Positions 63,132 to 64,000 of a stretch of DNA of 64,000 nt are shown here, piece after piece. Numbering within the stretch: position 1 is the first letter of the stretch; each line of letters begins with the position of its first letter. The notes under the pieces are model-generated. The model saw nothing but the letters and a program-made list of their open reading frames with translations, did not search any database and had not been told where the DNA came from. This DNA comes from Pleionea mediterranea (lineage in GTDB: Bacteria > Pseudomonadota > Gammaproteobacteria > Enterobacterales > Kangiellaceae): contig NZ_QGGU01000001.1 of assembly GCF_003148745.1 (NCBI RefSeq), positions 11,536 to 75,535 of the forward strand. Reading direction: 5' to 3'. The position numbers and the translations under genes were made by a program.

Positions 63132-64000
63132 ATGATCGAAGAAGACAGAATAATTGCCGGCTCCACTCAAACCATTGAAGAAGATCGCTTTGATCGGGCC
63201 ATTCGACCAACACAGTTGAAAGATTATGTGGGCCAGCCGCAGGTTAAAGAGCAGATGGAGATTTTTCTTCAGGCGTCGAAAAACCGTAACGATGCGCTCG
63301 ATCATGTGCTGATTTTTGGGCCTCCCGGACTTGGTAAGACCACCTTGGCGAATATCATTGCCAATGAAATGGGGGTCGCGATTAAATATACCTCCGGTCC
63401 GGTGCTTGAGAAAGCCGGTGATCTGGCGGCACTACTCACCAATCTTGAAGAAAACGATGTGTTGTTTATTGATGAAATACATCGGCTTAGTCCCATGGTG
63501 GAAGAGATTTTATACCCCGCCATGGAAGACTACCAGATTGATATTATGATTGGAGAAGGCCCAGCGGCACGATCCATCAAGCTCGACCTCCCTCCGTTTA
63601 CTCTGGTGGGTGCAACCACCCGTGCAGGGTTGTTGACCTCGCCACTGCGCGATCGTTTTGGCATCGTGCAGCGACTCGAATTTTATAATATTGATGAGCT
63701 GAGCAGTATCGTTATGCGCAGCGCGTCGATTTTGGGCCTAAAAGCCGAAGCAGAAGGTGCCAGAGAAGTGGCCTGTCGCTCACGCGGCACCCCAAGGATC
63801 GCCAATCGGCTTTTGCGTCGAGTGCGTGATTACGCCGAAGTAAAAGCCGATGGAGTTATAAGCAATGATGTGGCCGCAAAAGCACTCAACATGCTGGAAG
63901 TGGATGAAAAGGGCTTCGATACCATGGATCGCAAACTGCTGCTGGCGATTATCGATAAGTTTTCCGGCGGTCCGGTAGGGCTTGATACCTTGGCTGCGGC
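63132..64000 (+). CDS. ruvB: Holliday junction helicase RuvB (3' end beyond window)
   Basis: [42 protein letters not shown]... Walker [10 protein letters not shown]. The frame is open to the window end and the gene follows ruvA. Confidence 0.93.
   Translation, partial: MIEEDRIIAGSTQTIEEDRFDRAIRPTQLKDYVGQPQVKEQMEIFLQASKNRNDALDHVLIFGPPGLGKTTLANIIANEMGVAIKYTSGPVLEKAGDLAALLTNLEENDVLFIDEIHRLSPMVEEILYPAMEDYQIDIMIGEGPAARSIKLDLPPFTLVGATTRAGLLTSPLRDRFGIVQRLEFYNIDELSSIVMRSASILGLKAEAEGAREVACRSRGTPRIANRLLRRVRDYAEVKADGVISNDVAAKALNMLEVDEKGFDTMDRKLLLAIIDKFSGGPVGLDTLAA

Overview
The window is a 64-kb chromosomal segment from a gammaproteobacterium. The ribosomal/RNA-polymerase proteins and a GlyGly-CTERM sorting tag point to a marine Alteromonadales/Vibrionales-type organism.

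Core genes at the two ends are readily recognised: rpoB (3' part), rpoC, rpsL, rpsG, fusA and tuf at the start; aspS, yebC, ruvC, ruvA and ruvB (5' part) at the end. Between them lie several accessory or poorly characterised modules.

(i) A 10-kb AT-rich island sits directly after tuf. It encodes a glycine-zipper lipoprotein, a small outer-membrane beta-barrel, a GlyGly-CTERM-tagged M14 metallocarboxypeptidase with two PKD domains, a small lipoprotein, an orphan type IVa (MSHA-like) pilin and a porin. It also encodes a 739-aa protein whose N-terminus is a textbook MshEN c-di-GMP-binding domain (two tandem 24-residue RLGxxLIxxGxIxxxQLxxALxxQ motifs). That domain is joined through one hydrophobic segment to six PKD/Ig-like repeats and an FN3 domain.

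(ii) A complete Pho core locus follows: long-form pstC and pstA, then pstB, phoU, phoB, phoR and pstS. A perfect Pho box (CTGTCATATAACTGTCAT) lies upstream of pstC.

(iii) A loose group of envelope and regulatory genes comes next: a flotillin-like SPFH protein, a periplasmic metallo-beta-lactamase-fold hydrolase, a ToxR/CadC-like membrane-bound regulator with a TolB-like propeller, an alpha/beta hydrolase, a DcyD/ACC-deaminase-family PLP enzyme, and a propeller/Y_Y_Y-GGDEF sensor.

(iv) A CoA-ester metabolic cluster carries three different CitE/HpcH-family lyase paralogs, a double-hot-dog MaoC hydratase, an acyl-CoA synthetase and TesB.

(v) A tight minus-strand operon runs GNAT acetyltransferase, divergent tetrapyrrole-methylase-fold protein, an 82-aa highly acidic protein with an EEPQ-repeat tail, two tandem paralogous TPR-GGDEF diguanylate cyclases, and an RluA-family pseudouridine synthase.

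No rRNA, tRNA, CRISPR array, integrase or transposase was seen. The most striking candidate for an undescribed system is the MshEN-TM-PKD6-FN3 protein and its pilin/peptidase neighbourhood. The window also carries three diguanylate cyclases and no EAL or HD-GYP gene. All calls rest on reading the translated ORFs and the DNA by eye; no database search was possible.
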